From positions 56,606,001 through 56,670,000 of the forward strand of contig NC_042997.1 of the NCBI RefSeq assembly GCF_006345805.1: a DNA stretch of 64,000 nucleotides, read 5' to 3'. The stretch comes from Octopus sinensis. Taxonomy: Eukaryota. The notes below the pieces were generated by a model that had not been told where the DNA came from, made no database searches, and was given only the letters and a program-made list of their open reading frames with translations. Positions 62,462 to 64,000 of the stretch are shown one piece after another (the first letter of the stretch is position 1; each line of letters begins with the position of its first letter). The position numbers and the translations under genes are program-made.

Positions 62462-63440
62462 CAAGCAGAGATACCCAGCATTGCTTGGGATTAGAATAGC
62501 ATAATTTGTATATATATTACAGTTATGTCGAAACAGATGATATGAGTAAGTGCAGCATTGATGACAAATCATTTGTTGAGTAAATGGTGGTCTAATTCAA
62601 CTAAGCAACATGTCATGTGTCTGTTTGCAGGATTCCAGGCCCTCACCTGTCATGGAAAATTGGGGTGAGGGTGGCATGTGATTTTTGTACTCACCAAAAA
62701 GCTATCAGTAGATATAATCTCCTTTGCAGTGGTTGGCGCTGCATCTAACACAACCCATCATCTGAAGTTACGACACCTCCTTCGAGTCTGTTGTCTTACA
62801 TCACTCATACAATAAATTTGGAGGAATTTTGGTTGTTCATTTGTGGGTAACAGGGAACCAATGATGTGACAGACTTGTCCTTGAACTTTGAACGTTGGCA
62901 TAAATCCATGTTCAACTATCTCCTTAGATGCACCAAATGATGTCATTTGAAATGCAGAGTTGTATTGTCTGATATTGTTCTGAAAATCCTTTGACTGGAT
63001 GGAAGTGACTTCCAGAAGATCCATAAGAGGTTGAGGAGGAGCTGGTAGTGCTGGCAATCTTACGTTACCGACTGAGTAGCACATGTCATTATTTTCATTT
63101 GGAAATTTTAAAGCTTTGCAGAAATGACAATTTGAGTTTAACACACCAATTTGGACAGAATTATCATTTTTATAAGAATGGGATGGTTCATATCTGAAAG
63201 CAGCTCCAAGAGTTGTGAGGAACAAATTTGTACATGTTCTGTTTCTGAGAGCTGTTCTATTTGAGCTCTGTCTTAGTGATTCAGTGTTAAGTGCTGCAGC
63301 ATGCCTTTGCTGATCTCATCTAATCTTCTGTGTTGAGACTCCATCTGATGTGCTTGGGCATGCCTTTGCTGATCTTGAAAAAGTCTCATCTTGCTTGTCT
63401 TGAGACTCCATTTGACATGCTGCAGCATGCCTAATTTAAA
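62462..63440 (-). mobile_element. Internally deleted Helitron (RepHel N-terminal region joined to 3' terminus)
   Basis: ORF 62758-63225 has CHFCKALKF...YNSAFQMTSFGA...GFMPTFKVQGQVCHIIGSLLP...KFLQIY. A 3' hairpin (cccagcattgcttggg, 62474-62489) is followed on the minus strand by CTTG-T (a CTAG variant). Confidence 0.88.
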
Positions 63441-63444
63441 TATT

Positions 63445-63527
63445 TAACAAATATTTAGCCACATGTGGGCATGATCCAAAAAGTTCAGTTCTTCAGATCA
63501 TGCCCACATGTGGCTAAATATTTGTTA
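63445..63527. repeat. Perfect 32-bp inverted repeat with 19-nt spacer
   Basis: taacaaatatttagccacatgtgggcatgatc (63445-63476) / gatcatgcccacatgtggctaaatatttgtta (63496-63527). Confidence 0.95.
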
Positions 63528-63622
63528 CAGTTTTGGTCCCTCCGAGATTACAGATAGGACTTGCTTTCTATATTGTGTCCATGTACAAGCTTTTTATCTC
63601 TTTATACACATTACTTATATAT

Positions 63623-64000
<378 letters not shown>

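Overview
AT-rich, microsatellite- and retroelement-dense animal genomic DNA. The repeat landscape and gene content suggest an octopod cephalopod (inference; species not determinable). Four protein-coding genes are supported. (1) The first coding exon of an ANKRD60-like ubiquitin-domain gene (- strand, 9406-9601), head-to-head with (2) a complete 9-exon NDUFV2 (+, 9870-23110, 251 aa). (3) A complete, entirely intronless XRN2 (-, 24890-27676, 928 aa), tail-to-tail with NDUFV2. (4) The first five coding exons of POFUT1 (+, 39801-61970, continuing past the window). Introns and intergenic DNA hold RTE, CR1/L2-type, RLE-type and Penelope-like retroelement remnants, tRNA-derived SINEs (three with long TSDs), three IS630-Tc1-mariner families (DD37D, DD41D, DD34D), hAT-type MITEs and a deleted Helitron. 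Most notable are the intronless XRN2, three fold-back elements in POFUT1 intron 1 carrying degenerate minimal hammerhead-ribozyme motifs, and the 268-bp ANKRD60-like/NDUFV2 divergent gene pair. All coordinates were read by hand; repeat boundaries without TSD/TIR support are approximate.
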